Source of the DNA: Escherichia coli
GTDB lineage: Bacteria > Pseudomonadota > Gammaproteobacteria > Enterobacterales > Enterobacteriaceae
Reading direction: 5' to 3' (one strand)
NCBI RefSeq assembly: GCF_003334385.1
Contig: NZ_QOWN01000002.1
DNA: 64,000 bases
Part shown: positions 22,938-33,602 of the stretch, in pieces
Position numbering within the stretch: position 1 is the first letter of the stretch
How the letters are laid out: every line of letters begins with the position of its first letter
Notes under the pieces: model-generated
What the model was told of the DNA's origin: nothing
The model's database searches: none
The model's input: the letters and a program-made list of their open reading frames with translations, nothing else
Translations under genes and position numbers: made by a program

Positions 22938-23185
22938 AGTAAGTCCTTTCGTAAAACTTTCGTTTCATTTCGTTTTGCCTATTAACGCCTTTCTATTAAG
23001 CAAATGCAAGCCCACCTTGCCCATTGACGCAAGCTACTCTCGTTTCAGTGACTTTCATTATGTTTCTTTTGTGAATCAGATCAGAAAACTATTATCTTTC
23101 GTTTTATTTTTATCTCACCATGACGCAGTATCAACTGAAACAAAACGAAAGATTAATATCGCAGTAATCTGAACTGGAGAGGAAA
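22938..23185. promoter_or_regulatory. agaR/kbaZ divergent control region with an array of AgaR operator-like repeats
   Basis: Multiple CTTTCGTTT / AAACGAAAG-type motifs (cctttcgtaaaactttcgtttcatttcgttttgcc; atctttcgttttattttt; aaacaaaacgaaagatt). Confidence 0.6.
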
Positions 23186-24466
23186 GTGAAACATCTGACA
23201 GAAATGGTGAGAGAGCACAAAGCGGGCAAAACAAATGGAATTTATGCCGTTTGTTCCGCACATCCGCTGGTGCTGGAGGCTGCAATCCGCTACGCCAGTG
23301 CAAACCAAACGCCGTTACTGATTGAAGCAACCTCCAATCAGGTAGACCAGTTCGGCGGTTATACCGGAATGACGCCCGCCGATTTTCGCGGCTTTGTTTG
23401 TCAGCTCGCCGACTCGTTGAATTTCCCGCAGGATGCGTTGATTCTGGGTGGTGACCATCTGGGGCCAAACCGCTGGCAAAACCTGCCGGCCGCTCAGGCA
23501 ATGGCCAATGCCGATGATTTGATTAAAAGCTACGTTGCGGCAGGATTCAAAAAAATCCACCTTGATTGCAGCATGTCCTGTCAGGACGATCCGATTCCCT
23601 TAACTGATGACATCGTGGCTGAACGCGCCGCCCGTCTGGCGAAAGTGGCGGAAGAAACCTGTCTTGAACACTTTGGCGAAGCCGATCTGGAGTATGTCAT
23701 TGGTACCGAAGTGCCGGTACCTGGCGGCGCGCATGAAACCTTAAGCGAGCTGGCGGTCACCACGCCGGATGCCGCCCGCGCCACGCTGGAAGCCCATCGT
23801 CACGCCTTTGAAAAGCAAGGTTTGAATGCCATCTGGCCACGCATCATTGCCCTGGTGGTTCAACCCGGCGTCGAATTCGATCACACCAACGTTATTGATT
23901 ATCAGCCCGCCAAAGCGAGCGCCTTAAGCCAGATGGTCGAAAACTACGAAACGCTGATTTTCGAAGCGCACTCTACCGATTATCAAACGCCGCAATCGCT
24001 GCGCCAGCTGGTGATTGACCACTTTGCCATTCTGAAAGTTGGCCCAGCGCTGACCTTCGCCCTGCGTGAAGCTCTGTTCTCTCTGGCGGCGATTGAAGAA
24101 GAACTGGTGCCAGCGAAAGCCTGTTCTGGTCTGCGTCAGGTGCTGGAAGACGTGATGCTCGACCGCCCGGAATACTGGCAAAGCCACTACCACGGTGACG
24201 GCAACGCGCGTCGTCTGGCGCGTGGTTATAGCTACTCGGATCGCGTGCGCTATTACTGGCCGGACAGCCAGATTGATGACGCTTTCGCTCATCTGGTACG
24301 TAATCTGGCGGATTCACCAATTCCGCTGCCGCTGATCAGCCAGTATCTGCCGCTGCAGTACGTGAAAGTTCGCTCCGGCGAGCTGCAGCCAACGCCACGG
24401 GAACTCATTATCAACCATATTCAGGACATCCTGGCGCAGTACCACACAGCCTGTGAAGGCCAATAA
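23186..24466 (+). CDS. kbaZ: Tagatose-1,6-bisphosphate aldolase non-catalytic subunit KbaZ (AgaZ), 426 aa
   Basis: Track ORF with GTG start; first gene of the aga PTS operon. Confidence 0.92.
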   Translation: MKHLTEMVREHKAGKTNGIYAVCSAHPLVLEAAIRYASANQTPLLIEATSNQVDQFGGYTGMTPADFRGFVCQLADSLNFPQDALILGGDHLGPNRWQNLPAAQAMANADDLIKSYVAAGFKKIHLDCSMSCQDDPIPLTDDIVAERAARLAKVAEETCLEHFGEADLEYVIGTEVPVPGGAHETLSELAVTTPDAARATLEAHRHAFEKQGLNAIWPRIIALVVQPGVEFDHTNVIDYQPAKASALSQMVENYETLIFEAHSTDYQTPQSLRQLVIDHFAILKVGPALTFALREALFSLAAIEEELVPAKACSGLRQVLEDVMLDRPEYWQSHYHGDGNARRLARGYSYSDRVRYYWPDSQIDDAFAHLVRNLADSPIPLPLISQYLPLQYVKVRSGELQPTPRELIINHIQDILAQYHTACEGQ

Positions 24467-24488
24467 GCAAAACAAAGAGGAACACGCT

Positions 24489-24962
24489 ATGCCAAATATT
24501 GTTTTAAGCCGGATTGATGAACGCTTGATTCACGGTCAGGTCGGCGTTCAATGGGTCGGATTTGCGGGGGCAAATCTGGTGCTGGTAGCCAACGATGAGG
24601 TTGCCGAAGATCCGGTACAACAAAACCTGATGGAAATGGTACTGGCAGAAGGGATCGCCGTACGTTTCTGGACGCTGCAAAAAGTTATCGACAACATTCA
24701 TCGCGCCGCCGATCGACAGAAAATCCTGCTGGTTTGTAAAACACCCGCCGATTTCCTGACGCTGGTGAAAGGTGGCGTTCCGGTGAATCGCATTAACGTT
24801 GGCAATATGCACTACGCCAATGGCAAACAACAAATCGCCAAAACGGTTTCTGTGGATGCGGGCGATATCGCAGCATTTAACGACCTGAAAACCGCTGGGG
24901 TGGAATGCTTCGTTCAGGGCGTCCCGACAGAGCCTGCTGTGGACCTCTTTAAATTACTTTGA
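24489..24962 (+). CDS. agaV: PTS EIIB, N-acetylgalactosamine-specific (AgaV), 157 aa
   Basis: Track ORF 24453..24962; start set at internal ATG after the RBS aagagga, giving MPNIVLSRIDERLIHGQ with the mannose-family EIIB phospho-His motif. Confidence 0.88.
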   Translation: MPNIVLSRIDERLIHGQVGVQWVGFAGANLVLVANDEVAEDPVQQNLMEMVLAEGIAVRFWTLQKVIDNIHRAADRQKILLVCKTPADFLTLVKGGVPVNRINVGNMHYANGKQQIAKTVSVDAGDIAAFNDLKTAGVECFVQGVPTEPAVDLFKLL

Positions 24963-24972
24963 GGGATTCATC

Positions 24973-25752
24973 ATGGAAATCAGCCTGTTGCAGGCATTTG
25001 CGTTGGGCATTATCGCCTTTATCGCTGGCCTGGATATGTTTAACGGCCTAACCCATATGCACCGCCCGGTGGTCCTCGGCCCGTTGGTCGGGCTGGTACT
25101 TGGCGATCTGCATACCGGAATTTTAACCGGCGGTACGCTGGAACTGGTGTGGATGGGGCTGGCCCCGCTGGCGGGCGCACAGCCGCCTAACGTGATTATC
25201 GGTACTATCGTCGGCACGGCGTTTGCCATTACTACTGGCGTGAAACCCGATGTCGCAGTAGGTGTCGCCGTACCTTTCGCTGTCGCAGTACAGATGGGGA
25301 TTACCTTCCTGTTCTCGGTGATGTCCGGCGTGATGTCTCGCTGCGACCGGATGGCGGAGAACGCCGATACTCGCGGCATTGAACGCGTGAACTATCTGGC
25401 ACTGCTGGCACTCGGCATTTTCTATTTTCTCTGCGCTTTCCTGCCTATCTACTTCGGCGCGGAACATGCAAAAACCATCATTGATGTCCTGCCGCAACGA
25501 TTAATCGACGGCCTCGGCGTCGCGGGCGGCATCATGCCAGCAATCGGTTTTGCCGTGCTGCTGAAAATCATGATGAAAAACGTCTACATCCCCTACTTCA
25601 TCCTGGGCTTTGTTGCCGCCGCCTGGCTCAAGTTACCAGTGCTGGCTATTGCTGCCGCTGCGCTGGCGATGGCGCTGATCGACTTGCTGCGTAAATCTCC
25701 TGAACCGACTCAACCTGCGGCACAGAAAGAGGAATTTGAAGATGGCATCTAA
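24973..25752 (+). CDS. agaW: PTS EIIC, N-acetylgalactosamine-specific (AgaW), full-length 259 aa
   Basis: Track ORF; mannose-family IIC membrane protein, paralogous to AgaC at 31262..32065. Confidence 0.88.
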   Translation: MEISLLQAFALGIIAFIAGLDMFNGLTHMHRPVVLGPLVGLVLGDLHTGILTGGTLELVWMGLAPLAGAQPPNVIIGTIVGTAFAITTGVKPDVAVGVAVPFAVAVQMGITFLFSVMSGVMSRCDRMAENADTRGIERVNYLALLALGIFYFLCAFLPIYFGAEHAKTIIDVLPQRLIDGLGVAGGIMPAIGFAVLLKIMMKNVYIPYFILGFVAAAWLKLPVLAIAAAALAMALIDLLRKSPEPTQPAAQKEEFEDGI

Positions 25753-26620
25753 TCAAACCACCCTGCCGAACGTCAGTGAAAACGAAGAAACATTGCTGAC
25801 TGGCGTCAATGAAAACGTGTATGAAGATCAGAGCATTGGCGCGGAGCTGACGAAAAAAGATATCAACCGCGTCGCCTGGCGTTCCATGCTGTTACAAGCG
25901 TCTTTTAACTACGAACGTATGCAGGCTTCTGGCTGGTTGTACGGTCTGCTGCCTGCTCTGAAAAAGATCCACACTAATAAACGCGACCTGGCGCGCGCCA
26001 TGAAGGGGCATATAGGTTTCTTCAATACCCATCCGTTTCTGGTGACGTTTGTTATCGGCATTATCCTTGCGATGGAGCGTTCTAAGCAGGACGTTAACAG
26101 TATTCAGAGCACCAAAATTGCCGTCGGTGCGCCGCTTGGCGGGATTGGCGATGCAATGTTCTGGCTAACGCTACTGCCGATTTGTGGCGGGATTGGAGCC
26201 AGTCTGGCATTGCAAGGCTCCATTCTTGGCGCAGTCGTCTTTATTGTGCTGTTCAACGTGGTACACCTGGGGCTGCGTTTTGGTCTGGCGCATTATGCTT
26301 ACCGCATGGGCGTGGCGGCGATTCCACTGATTAAAGCGAATACCAAAAAAGTCGGCCATGCTGCGTCTATCGTTGGGATGACGGTAATCGGTGCGCTGGT
26401 GGCAACCTATGTTCGTTTAAGCACCACGCTGGAAATCACGGCGGGCGACGCAGTGGTTAAGTTACAGGCTGATGTTATCGACAAACTGATGCCGGCCTTC
26501 TTACCGTTGGTCTACACCCTGACCATGTTTTGGTTGGTACGCCGCGGCTGGAGTCCGCTGCGTCTGATTGCAGTTACCGTGGTTCTCGGCATCGTCGGTA
26601 AATTCTGCCATTTCCTTTAA
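25736..26620 (+). CDS. agaE: PTS EIID, N-acetylgalactosamine-specific (AgaE), ~292-294 aa
   Basis: Track ORF; mannose-family IID, paralogous to AgaD; overlaps the agaW 3' end. Confidence 0.88.
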   Translation: MKMASNQTTLPNVSENEETLLTGVNENVYEDQSIGAELTKKDINRVAWRSMLLQASFNYERMQASGWLYGLLPALKKIHTNKRDLARAMKGHIGFFNTHPFLVTFVIGIILAMERSKQDVNSIQSTKIAVGAPLGGIGDAMFWLTLLPICGGIGASLALQGSILGAVVFIVLFNVVHLGLRFGLAHYAYRMGVAAIPLIKANTKKVGHAASIVGMTVIGALVATYVRLSTTLEITAGDAVVKLQADVIDKLMPAFLPLVYTLTMFWLVRRGWSPLRLIAVTVVLGIVGKFCHFL

Positions 26621-26637
26621 ATACAATGAGGTATTAG

Positions 26638-27072
26638 ATGTTAAGTATTATTTTGACAGGGCATGGCGGGTTTGCCAGCGGCATGGAAAAAGCAATGAAG
26701 CAAATTCTCGGTGAGCAATCGCAGTTTATCGCCATCGATTTTCCGGAAACCTCAAGCACCGCGCTGCTTACATCGCAGCTTGAAGAGGCCATCGCCCAAC
26801 TGGATTGTGAAGACGGCATTGTTTTTCTGACGGATTTGCTGGGCGGCACGCCGTTTCGCGTAGCTTCAACGCTGGCGATGCAAAAACCGGGCTGTGAAGT
26901 GATCACCGGCACCAATTTGCAACTGCTACTGGAGATGGTGCTGGAGCGCGAAGGGTTAAGCGGTGAAGAATTCCGTGTACAGGCGCTGGAGTGTGGACAC
27001 CGAGGGCTGACCAGTCTGGTGGACGAGTTAGGCCGCTGCCATGAAGAATGTCCGGTCGAGGAAGGAATATGA
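26638..27072 (+). CDS. agaF: PTS EIIA, mannose family (AgaF), 144 aa
   Basis: Track ORF; EIIA-Man fold N-terminus MLSIILTGHGGFASG. Confidence 0.88.
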   Translation: MLSIILTGHGGFASGMEKAMKQILGEQSQFIAIDFPETSSTALLTSQLEEAIAQLDCEDGIVFLTDLLGGTPFRVASTLAMQKPGCEVITGTNLQLLLEMVLEREGLSGEEFRVQALECGHRGLTSLVDELGRCHEECPVEEGI

Positions 27073-28202
27073 CACACGTTCTGCGCGCCAGAAGGCTGCT
27101 GACTGAAGAGGGATGGCTCGATGACCATCAGTTGCGTATTGCTGACGGTGTCATCGCAGCAATCGAACCGATTCCAGCGGGCGTGACTGAACGCGATGCG
27201 GAACTGCTCTGCCCTGCTTACATCGACACCCATGTACACGGTGGTGCGGGCGTTGATGTAATGGATGACGCGCCGGATGTACTCGACAAGCTGGCAATGC
27301 ACAAGGCACGCGAAGGTGTCGGCAGTTGGTTACCGACCACCGTAACCACGCCGCTTAATACCATTCATGCGGCGCTGAAACGTATTGCTCAACGTTGCCA
27401 ACGCGGCGGACCTGGTGCGCAAGTGCTGGGGAGTTATCTCGAAGGACCGTACTTCACGCCGCAGAATAAAGGCGCGCATCCGCCGGAGTTGTTTCGCGAG
27501 CTTGAAATTGCCGAGCTGGATCAGTTGATTGCCGTTTCTCAGCACACCTTACGTGTGGTAGCGCTGGCACCGGAAAAAGAAGGGGCATTGCAGGCCATCC
27601 GCCATCTTAAACAGCAAAACGTAAGGGTGATGCTGGGGCATAGCGCGGCGACCTGGCAACAAACCCGCGCCGCATTTGATGCTGGTGCCGACGGCCTGGT
27701 GCATTGCTATAACGGGATGACAGGTTTACATCACCGCGAACCGGGAATGGTTGGCGCGGGATTAACGGACAAGCGCGCCTGGCTGGAACTGATAGCCGAT
27801 GGTCATCATGTGCATCCGGCGGCAATGTCGCTGTGTTGTTGCTGTGCGAAAGAGAGAATCGTACTGATCACCGACGCGATGCAGGCAGCTGGGATGCCGG
27901 ATGGTCGCTATACGTTATGTGGTGAAGAAGTGCAGATGCACGGTGGCGTTGTCCGTACCGCGTCTGGTGGGCTGGCGGGCAGTACGCTGTCTGTTGATGC
28001 GGCAGTGCGCAATATGGTCGAGTTGACGGGCGTAACGCCTGCGGAAGCCATCCATATGGCGTCGCTGCATCCGGCGCGAATGCTGGGTGTTGATGGTGTT
28101 CTGGGATCGCTTAAACCGGGCAAACGCGCCAGCGTCGTTGCGCTGGATAGCGGGCTACATGTGCAACAAATCTGGATTCAGGGTCAATTAGCTTCGTTTT
28201 GA
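27069..28202 (+). CDS. agaA: N-acetylgalactosamine-6-phosphate deacetylase AgaA, full-length 377 aa
   Basis: Track ORF 27048..28202; start set at ATG after the RBS gaagga (MTHVLRARRLL); NagA-like amidohydrolase. Overlaps the agaF stop. Confidence 0.88.
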   Translation: MTHVLRARRLLTEEGWLDDHQLRIADGVIAAIEPIPAGVTERDAELLCPAYIDTHVHGGAGVDVMDDAPDVLDKLAMHKAREGVGSWLPTTVTTPLNTIHAALKRIAQRCQRGGPGAQVLGSYLEGPYFTPQNKGAHPPELFRELEIAELDQLIAVSQHTLRVVALAPEKEGALQAIRHLKQQNVRVMLGHSAATWQQTRAAFDAGADGLVHCYNGMTGLHHREPGMVGAGLTDKRAWLELIADGHHVHPAAMSLCCCCAKERIVLITDAMQAAGMPDGRYTLCGEEVQMHGGVVRTASGGLAGSTLSVDAAVRNMVELTGVTPAEAIHMASLHPARMLGVDGVLGSLKPGKRASVVALDSGLHVQQIWIQGQLASF

Positions 28203-28204
28203 TA

Positions 28205-28375
28205 GTTTGCTCCTTTATTGGGCCTTCACTTCCCCCGTAAGGCCTTTCTTTTTCTTTCGTTTTGATCTGTGCAGCGGTGTCGGATGCGACGCTAACGCGT
28301 CTTATCCGACCTACAGTTGGTGACCGCAAGGCCGGATAAAGCGTTTGCGCCGCATCCAGCAATCCCTTTTGCTTC
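28205..28375. repeat. REP/BIME cluster between agaA and agaS
   Basis: REP-like palindromic units gtcggatgcgacgctaacgcgtcttatccgacctac and ggccggataaagcgtttgcgccgcatccagc. Coordinates approximate. Confidence 0.7.
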
Positions 28376-28552
28376 CTTTATCTTTTCTTTCAACGATCAC
28401 AAATTTCGTTTTATTTCTTTTTTCTCCATTGAACTTTCAGTTTCTTTTCTATAGATTTTAATCAACGAAAGACATCACCAAGTGAAATGAAACGAAAGGC
28501 AAGTGAAAGCGACAACGCCCGACGTCAAGTTCATCAGACTAAGGATTGAGTT
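28376..28552 (+). promoter_or_regulatory. agaS promoter region with AgaR operator-like repeats
   Basis: Dense CTTTC / GAAAG repeats (tctttcaacgatcacaaatttcgttttatttc...gaaatgaaacgaaaggcaagtgaaagcg) of the same family as the agaR/kbaZ region. Confidence 0.55.
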
Positions 28553-29707
28553 ATGCCAGAAAATTACACCCCTGCTGCCGCCGCAACCGGTACATGGACT
28601 GAAGAAGAGATCCGCCATCAGCCTCGCGCATGGATCCGTTCACTCACCAACATCGACGCGCTACGTTCCGCGCTCAATAACTTCCTTGAACCGTTACTGC
28701 GCAAAGAGAATCTGCGGATCATCCTGACCGGAGCCGGAACGTCGGCATTTATCGGTGACATCATCGCGCCGTGGCTCGCCAGCCATACCGGTAAAAACTT
28801 CAGCGCCGTACCGACCACCGATCTGGTCACCAATCCGATGGACTACCTGAACCCAGCTCATCCGCTGCTGTTGATCTCCTTCGGTCGATCCGGCAACAGC
28901 CCGGAAAGCGTCGCAGCCGTGGAACTGGCAAATCAATTTGTACCGGAATGCTATCACCTGCCGATCACCTGCAACGAAGCGGGCGCTCTTTACCAAAACG
29001 CGATCAACAGCGATAACGCGTTTGCCCTGCTGATGCCCGCAGAAACGCACGATCGCGGCTTTGCGATGACCAGCAGCATTACCACCATGATGGCCAGCTG
29101 CCTCGCGGTTTTCGCACCTGAGACGATCAACAGCCAAACCTTCCGCGACGTGGCGGATCGTTGCCAGGCGATCCTGACCTCACTGGGCGATTTCAGCGAA
29201 GGTGTGTTTGGTTACGCACCGTGGAAACGGATCGTTTATCTCGGTAGCGGTGGCTTACAGGGCGCAGCACGCGAGTCGGCGCTGAAAGTGCTGGAACTGA
29301 CGGCGGGTAAACTGGCGGCCTTTTATGATTCTCCAACCGGATTCCGTCATGGACCAAAATCGCTGGTCGATGACGAAACGCTGGTGGTGGTATTTGTCTC
29401 CAGCCACCCTTACACCCGTCAGTATGATCTTGATCTGCTGGCTGAACTTCGCCGTGACAACCAGGCAATGCGTGTAATCGCCATCGCCGCGGAAAGCAGC
29501 GACATCGTCGCTGCCGGTCCACATATCATCCTGCCACCGTCACGTCACTTTATCGACGTTGAGCAGGCATTTTGCTTCCTGATGTACGCCCAGACGTTTG
29601 CACTGATGCAGTCGCTGCACATGGGCAATACGCCGGATACCCCATCAGCCAGTGGCACCGTTAACCGCGTGGTGCAAGGCGTAATCATTCATCCGTGGCA
29701 GGCATAA
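28553..29707 (+). CDS. agaS: Galactosamine-6-phosphate deaminase/isomerase AgaS (SIS domains), 384 aa
   Basis: Track ORF; tandem SIS-domain protein at the conserved position. Confidence 0.92.
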   Translation: MPENYTPAAAATGTWTEEEIRHQPRAWIRSLTNIDALRSALNNFLEPLLRKENLRIILTGAGTSAFIGDIIAPWLASHTGKNFSAVPTTDLVTNPMDYLNPAHPLLLISFGRSGNSPESVAAVELANQFVPECYHLPITCNEAGALYQNAINSDNAFALLMPAETHDRGFAMTSSITTMMASCLAVFAPETINSQTFRDVADRCQAILTSLGDFSEGVFGYAPWKRIVYLGSGGLQGAARESALKVLELTAGKLAAFYDSPTGFRHGPKSLVDDETLVVVFVSSHPYTRQYDLDLLAELRRDNQAMRVIAIAAESSDIVAAGPHIILPPSRHFIDVEQAFCFLMYAQTFALMQSLHMGNTPDTPSASGTVNRVVQGVIIHPWQA

Positions 29708-30580
<873 letters not shown>

Positions 30581-30746
30581 TCATTAGTTTTTTATGATTT
30601 ATCCCAATGTACTTCCCGATTAATATCGGGGAGTGCCTTAATGGAAAAGGAGATAACTAAACCTTAATAAATACATCACTACAATATCGCAACAATAATA
30701 TATTTAAAAAAATTATATTATTCAACTTTATGGTGAGGATTACACA

Positions 30747-31223
30747 ATAACCAGTCCAAATATTCTCTTAACCCGTATTGATAACCGTCTGGTTCACGGT
30801 CAGGTTGGCGTGACCTGGACATCCACCATCGGTGCAAATCTGCTGGTAGTCGTGGATGATGTTGTCGCTAACGATGATATTCAACAGAAATTAATGGGTA
30901 TTACCGCGGAAACCTACGGCTTTGGCATTCGTTTCTTTACTATCGAAAAAACCATTAACGTCATCGGCAAAGCTGCACCACATCAGAAGATCTTCCTGAT
31001 TTGCCGTACGCCACAAACGGTACGTAAATTGGTAGAAGTTGGTATTGACCTGAAAGATGTCAACGTCGGCAATATGCATTTCTCGGAAGGGAAAAAGCAA
31101 ATCAGCAGTAAAGTTTATGTCGATGACCAGGATCTCACGGACTTACGTTTTATTAAACAACGTGGCGTGAATGTTTTCATTCAGGACGTCCCTGGCGATC
31201 AAAAAGAACAAATCCCTGACTAA
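30747..31223 (+). CDS. agaB: PTS EIIB, galactosamine-specific (AgaB), 158 codons if initiated at the expected position
   Basis: Track ORF 30810..31223 starts at a GTG. The reading frame continues upstream and encodes the EIIB phospho-His segment TSPNILLTRIDNRLVHGQ. The codon at the expected start, 7 nt after the SD ggtgagga, reads ATA; there is no in-frame ATG/GTG/TTG between the upstream stop (~30705) and 30810. Confidence 0.7.
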   Translation: MTSPNILLTRIDNRLVHGQVGVTWTSTIGANLLVVVDDVVANDDIQQKLMGITAETYGFGIRFFTIEKTINVIGKAAPHQKIFLICRTPQTVRKLVEVGIDLKDVNVGNMHFSEGKKQISSKVYVDDQDLTDLRFIKQRGVNVFIQDVPGDQKEQIPD

Positions 31224-31261
31224 ATCTAAAATCGCCTTAATATTGGTTTGAGGTAATAAAA

Positions 31262-32065
31262 ATGCATGAAATAACCCTACTTCAGGGATTATCCCTGGCG
31301 GCGTTAGTTTTTGTTCTGGGGATTGATTTTTGGCTGGAAGCCTTATTTTTATTCCGCCCGATAATCGTTTGTACCCTAACTGGCGCTATTCTCGGTGATA
31401 TTCAGACTGGCTTAATTACCGGTGGTCTGACAGAGTTGGCTTTCGCCGGATTAACCCCTGCAGGTGGTGTTCAGCCGCCCAACCCGATTATGGCGGGTCT
31501 GATGACCACCGTCATTGCATGGTCTACGGGCGTTGATGCCAAAACAGCAATTGGTCTTGGCCTGCCGTTTAGTTTGTTAATGCAGTACGTCATTCTGTTC
31601 TTCTATTCCGCTTTCTCATTATTTATGACCAAAGCCGATAAATGCGCGAAAGAGGCGGATACGGCAGCGTTTTCCCGGCTTAACTGGACAACGATGCTCA
31701 TCGTCGCTTCAGCGTATGCGGTGATTGCTTTCCTCTGTACTTACCTGGCACAGGGGGCGATGCAGGCGCTGGTGAAAGCGATGCCCGCCTGGCTGACCCA
31801 CGGCTTTGAAGTGGCTGGCGGTATTCTGCCTGCCGTTGGTTTTGGCTTGCTGCTGCGCGTAATGTTCAAAGCGCAATATATCCCTTACCTGATCGCCGGT
31901 TTCCTGTTTGTTTGCTACATCCAGGTCAGCAACCTGTTGCCGGTTGCCGTACTGGGCGCAGGCTTTGCGGTGTATGAGTTTTTCAATGCGAAATCCCGGC
32001 AGCAAGCGCAACCGCAGCCCGTTGCCAGTAAAAATGAAGAAGAGGACTACAGCAATGGGATCTGA
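31262..32065 (+). CDS. agaC: PTS EIIC, galactosamine-specific (AgaC), 267 aa
   Basis: Track ORF; mannose-family IIC. Confidence 0.92.
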   Translation: MHEITLLQGLSLAALVFVLGIDFWLEALFLFRPIIVCTLTGAILGDIQTGLITGGLTELAFAGLTPAGGVQPPNPIMAGLMTTVIAWSTGVDAKTAIGLGLPFSLLMQYVILFFYSAFSLFMTKADKCAKEADTAAFSRLNWTTMLIVASAYAVIAFLCTYLAQGAMQALVKAMPAWLTHGFEVAGGILPAVGFGLLLRVMFKAQYIPYLIAGFLFVCYIQVSNLLPVAVLGAGFAVYEFFNAKSRQQAQPQPVASKNEEEDYSNGI

Positions 32066-32846
32066 AATCAGTAAAAAAGATATCACCCGTCTGGGCTTTC
32101 GTTCGTCGCTGCTGCAAGCGAGCTTTAACTACGAAAGGATGCAGGCGGGCGGTTTTACCTGGGCGATGTTGCCGATCCTGAAAAAGATTTATAAGGACGA
32201 CAAACCGGGCTTAAGCGCGGCGATGAAAGATAACCTCGAATTTATTAATACCCACCCGAATCTGGTCGGATTCCTGATGGGGTTATTAATTTCGATGGAA
32301 GAAAAAGGAGAAAACCGCGACACCATTAAAGGCCTCAAAGTGGCACTGTTTGGCCCAATCGCCGGGATTGGCGATGCGATTTTCTGGTTTACTTTGTTGC
32401 CGATTATGGCGGGAATTTGCTCATCATTTGCCAGCCAGGGAAACCTGCTGGGGCCGATTCTATTTTTCGCCGTTTACCTGCTTATCTTTTTCCTGCGCGT
32501 CGGCTGGACCCACGTCGGTTATTCAGTCGGCGTGAAGGCGATCGATAAAGTGCGAGAGAACTCGCAGATGATTGCCCGTTCGGCAACCATCCTCGGGATC
32601 ACGGTAATCGGCGGGCTGATCGCTTCGTATGTGCATATTAACGTGGTGACATCGTTTGCCATCGACAATACCCACAGCGTTGCGCTGCAGCAGGATTTCT
32701 TCGATAAAGTCTTCCCGAACATTTTACCGATGGCCTACACCCTGCTGATGTATTACTTCCTGCGGGTGAAAAAAGCGCATCCGGTGCTGTTAATCGGCGT
32801 GACTTTTGTGCTCTCTATTGTTTGTTCCGCATTCGGCATTTTGTAA
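32055..32846 (+). CDS. agaD: PTS EIID, galactosamine-specific (AgaD), 263 aa
   Basis: Track ORF 31908..32846 is over-extended into agaC; start set at ATG giving MGSEISKKDITRLGFRSSLLQASFNYERMQ; overlaps the agaC stop by 11 nt. Confidence 0.9.
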   Translation: MGSEISKKDITRLGFRSSLLQASFNYERMQAGGFTWAMLPILKKIYKDDKPGLSAAMKDNLEFINTHPNLVGFLMGLLISMEEKGENRDTIKGLKVALFGPIAGIGDAIFWFTLLPIMAGICSSFASQGNLLGPILFFAVYLLIFFLRVGWTHVGYSVGVKAIDKVRENSQMIARSATILGITVIGGLIASYVHINVVTSFAIDNTHSVALQQDFFDKVFPNILPMAYTLLMYYFLRVKKAHPVLLIGVTFVLSIVCSAFGIL

Positions 32847-33602
32847 ATGGAACGAGGCACTGCGTCTGGTGGTGCCTCTTTACTTAAGGAATTTCATCCT
32901 GTGCAAACCCTTCAGCAAGTTGAAAACTATACGGCGTTAAGTGAACGTGCCAGCGAATATTTATTGGCCGTGATCCGTAGCAAACCGAATGCCGTGATTT
33001 GCCTGGCGACCGGAGCCACGCCATTACTGACGTATCATTATCTGGTAGAAAAAATCCACCAGCAGCAGGTTGATGTCAGCCAGCTCACCTTCGTGAAGCT
33101 CGACGAATGGGTGGATCTGCCATTAACGATGCCAGGCACCTGCGAAACTTTCCTGCAACAGCATATCGTGCAGCCGCTGGGGCTACGTGAAGACCAGCTC
33201 ATCAGCTTTCGCTCCGAAGAGATAAATGAGACAGAGTGCGAACGGGTAACGAACCTGATTGCGCGCAAAGGCGGTCTGGATTTATGCGTTCTCGGATTGG
33301 GGAAAAACGGTCATCTTGGGCTGAACGAACCGGGAGAAAGCCTGCAACCGGCCTGCCATATCAGTCAACTTGATGCCAGAACACAGCAACATGAGATGTT
33401 AAAAACCGCGGGTCGCCCCGTGACTCGTGGGATCACCTTAGGCCTGAAGGATATTCTCAATGCCCGCGAAGTTTTGTTACTGGTGACTGGCGAAGGAAAG
33501 CAGGATGCGACAGATCGTTTTCTCACGGCTAAAGTCTCTACCGCTATCCCGGCTTCATTTTTATGGCTGCACAGTAACTTTATTTGTTTAATTAACACCT
33601 AA
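32847..33602 (+). CDS. agaI: Galactosamine-6-phosphate isomerase/deaminase AgaI (NagB-like), 251 aa
   Basis: Track ORF; GlcN6P deaminase family, last gene of the aga cluster. Confidence 0.9.
   Translation: MERGTASGGASLLKEFHPVQTLQQVENYTALSERASEYLLAVIRSKPNAVICLATGATPLLTYHYLVEKIHQQQVDVSQLTFVKLDEWVDLPLTMPGTCETFLQQHIVQPLGLREDQLISFRSEEINETECERVTNLIARKGGLDLCVLGLGKNGHLGLNEPGESLQPACHISQLDARTQQHEMLKTAGRPVTRGITLGLKDILNAREVLLLVTGEGKQDATDRFLTAKVSTAIPASFLWLHSNFICLINT

Noticed and set aside
24973-28202. Considered whether the agaW-agaE-agaF-agaA block is a novel inserted transporter island
   Set aside because: It is the ancestral intact aga locus; as I recall it, K-12 is the deletion variant, so this is a strain difference rather than a new system.
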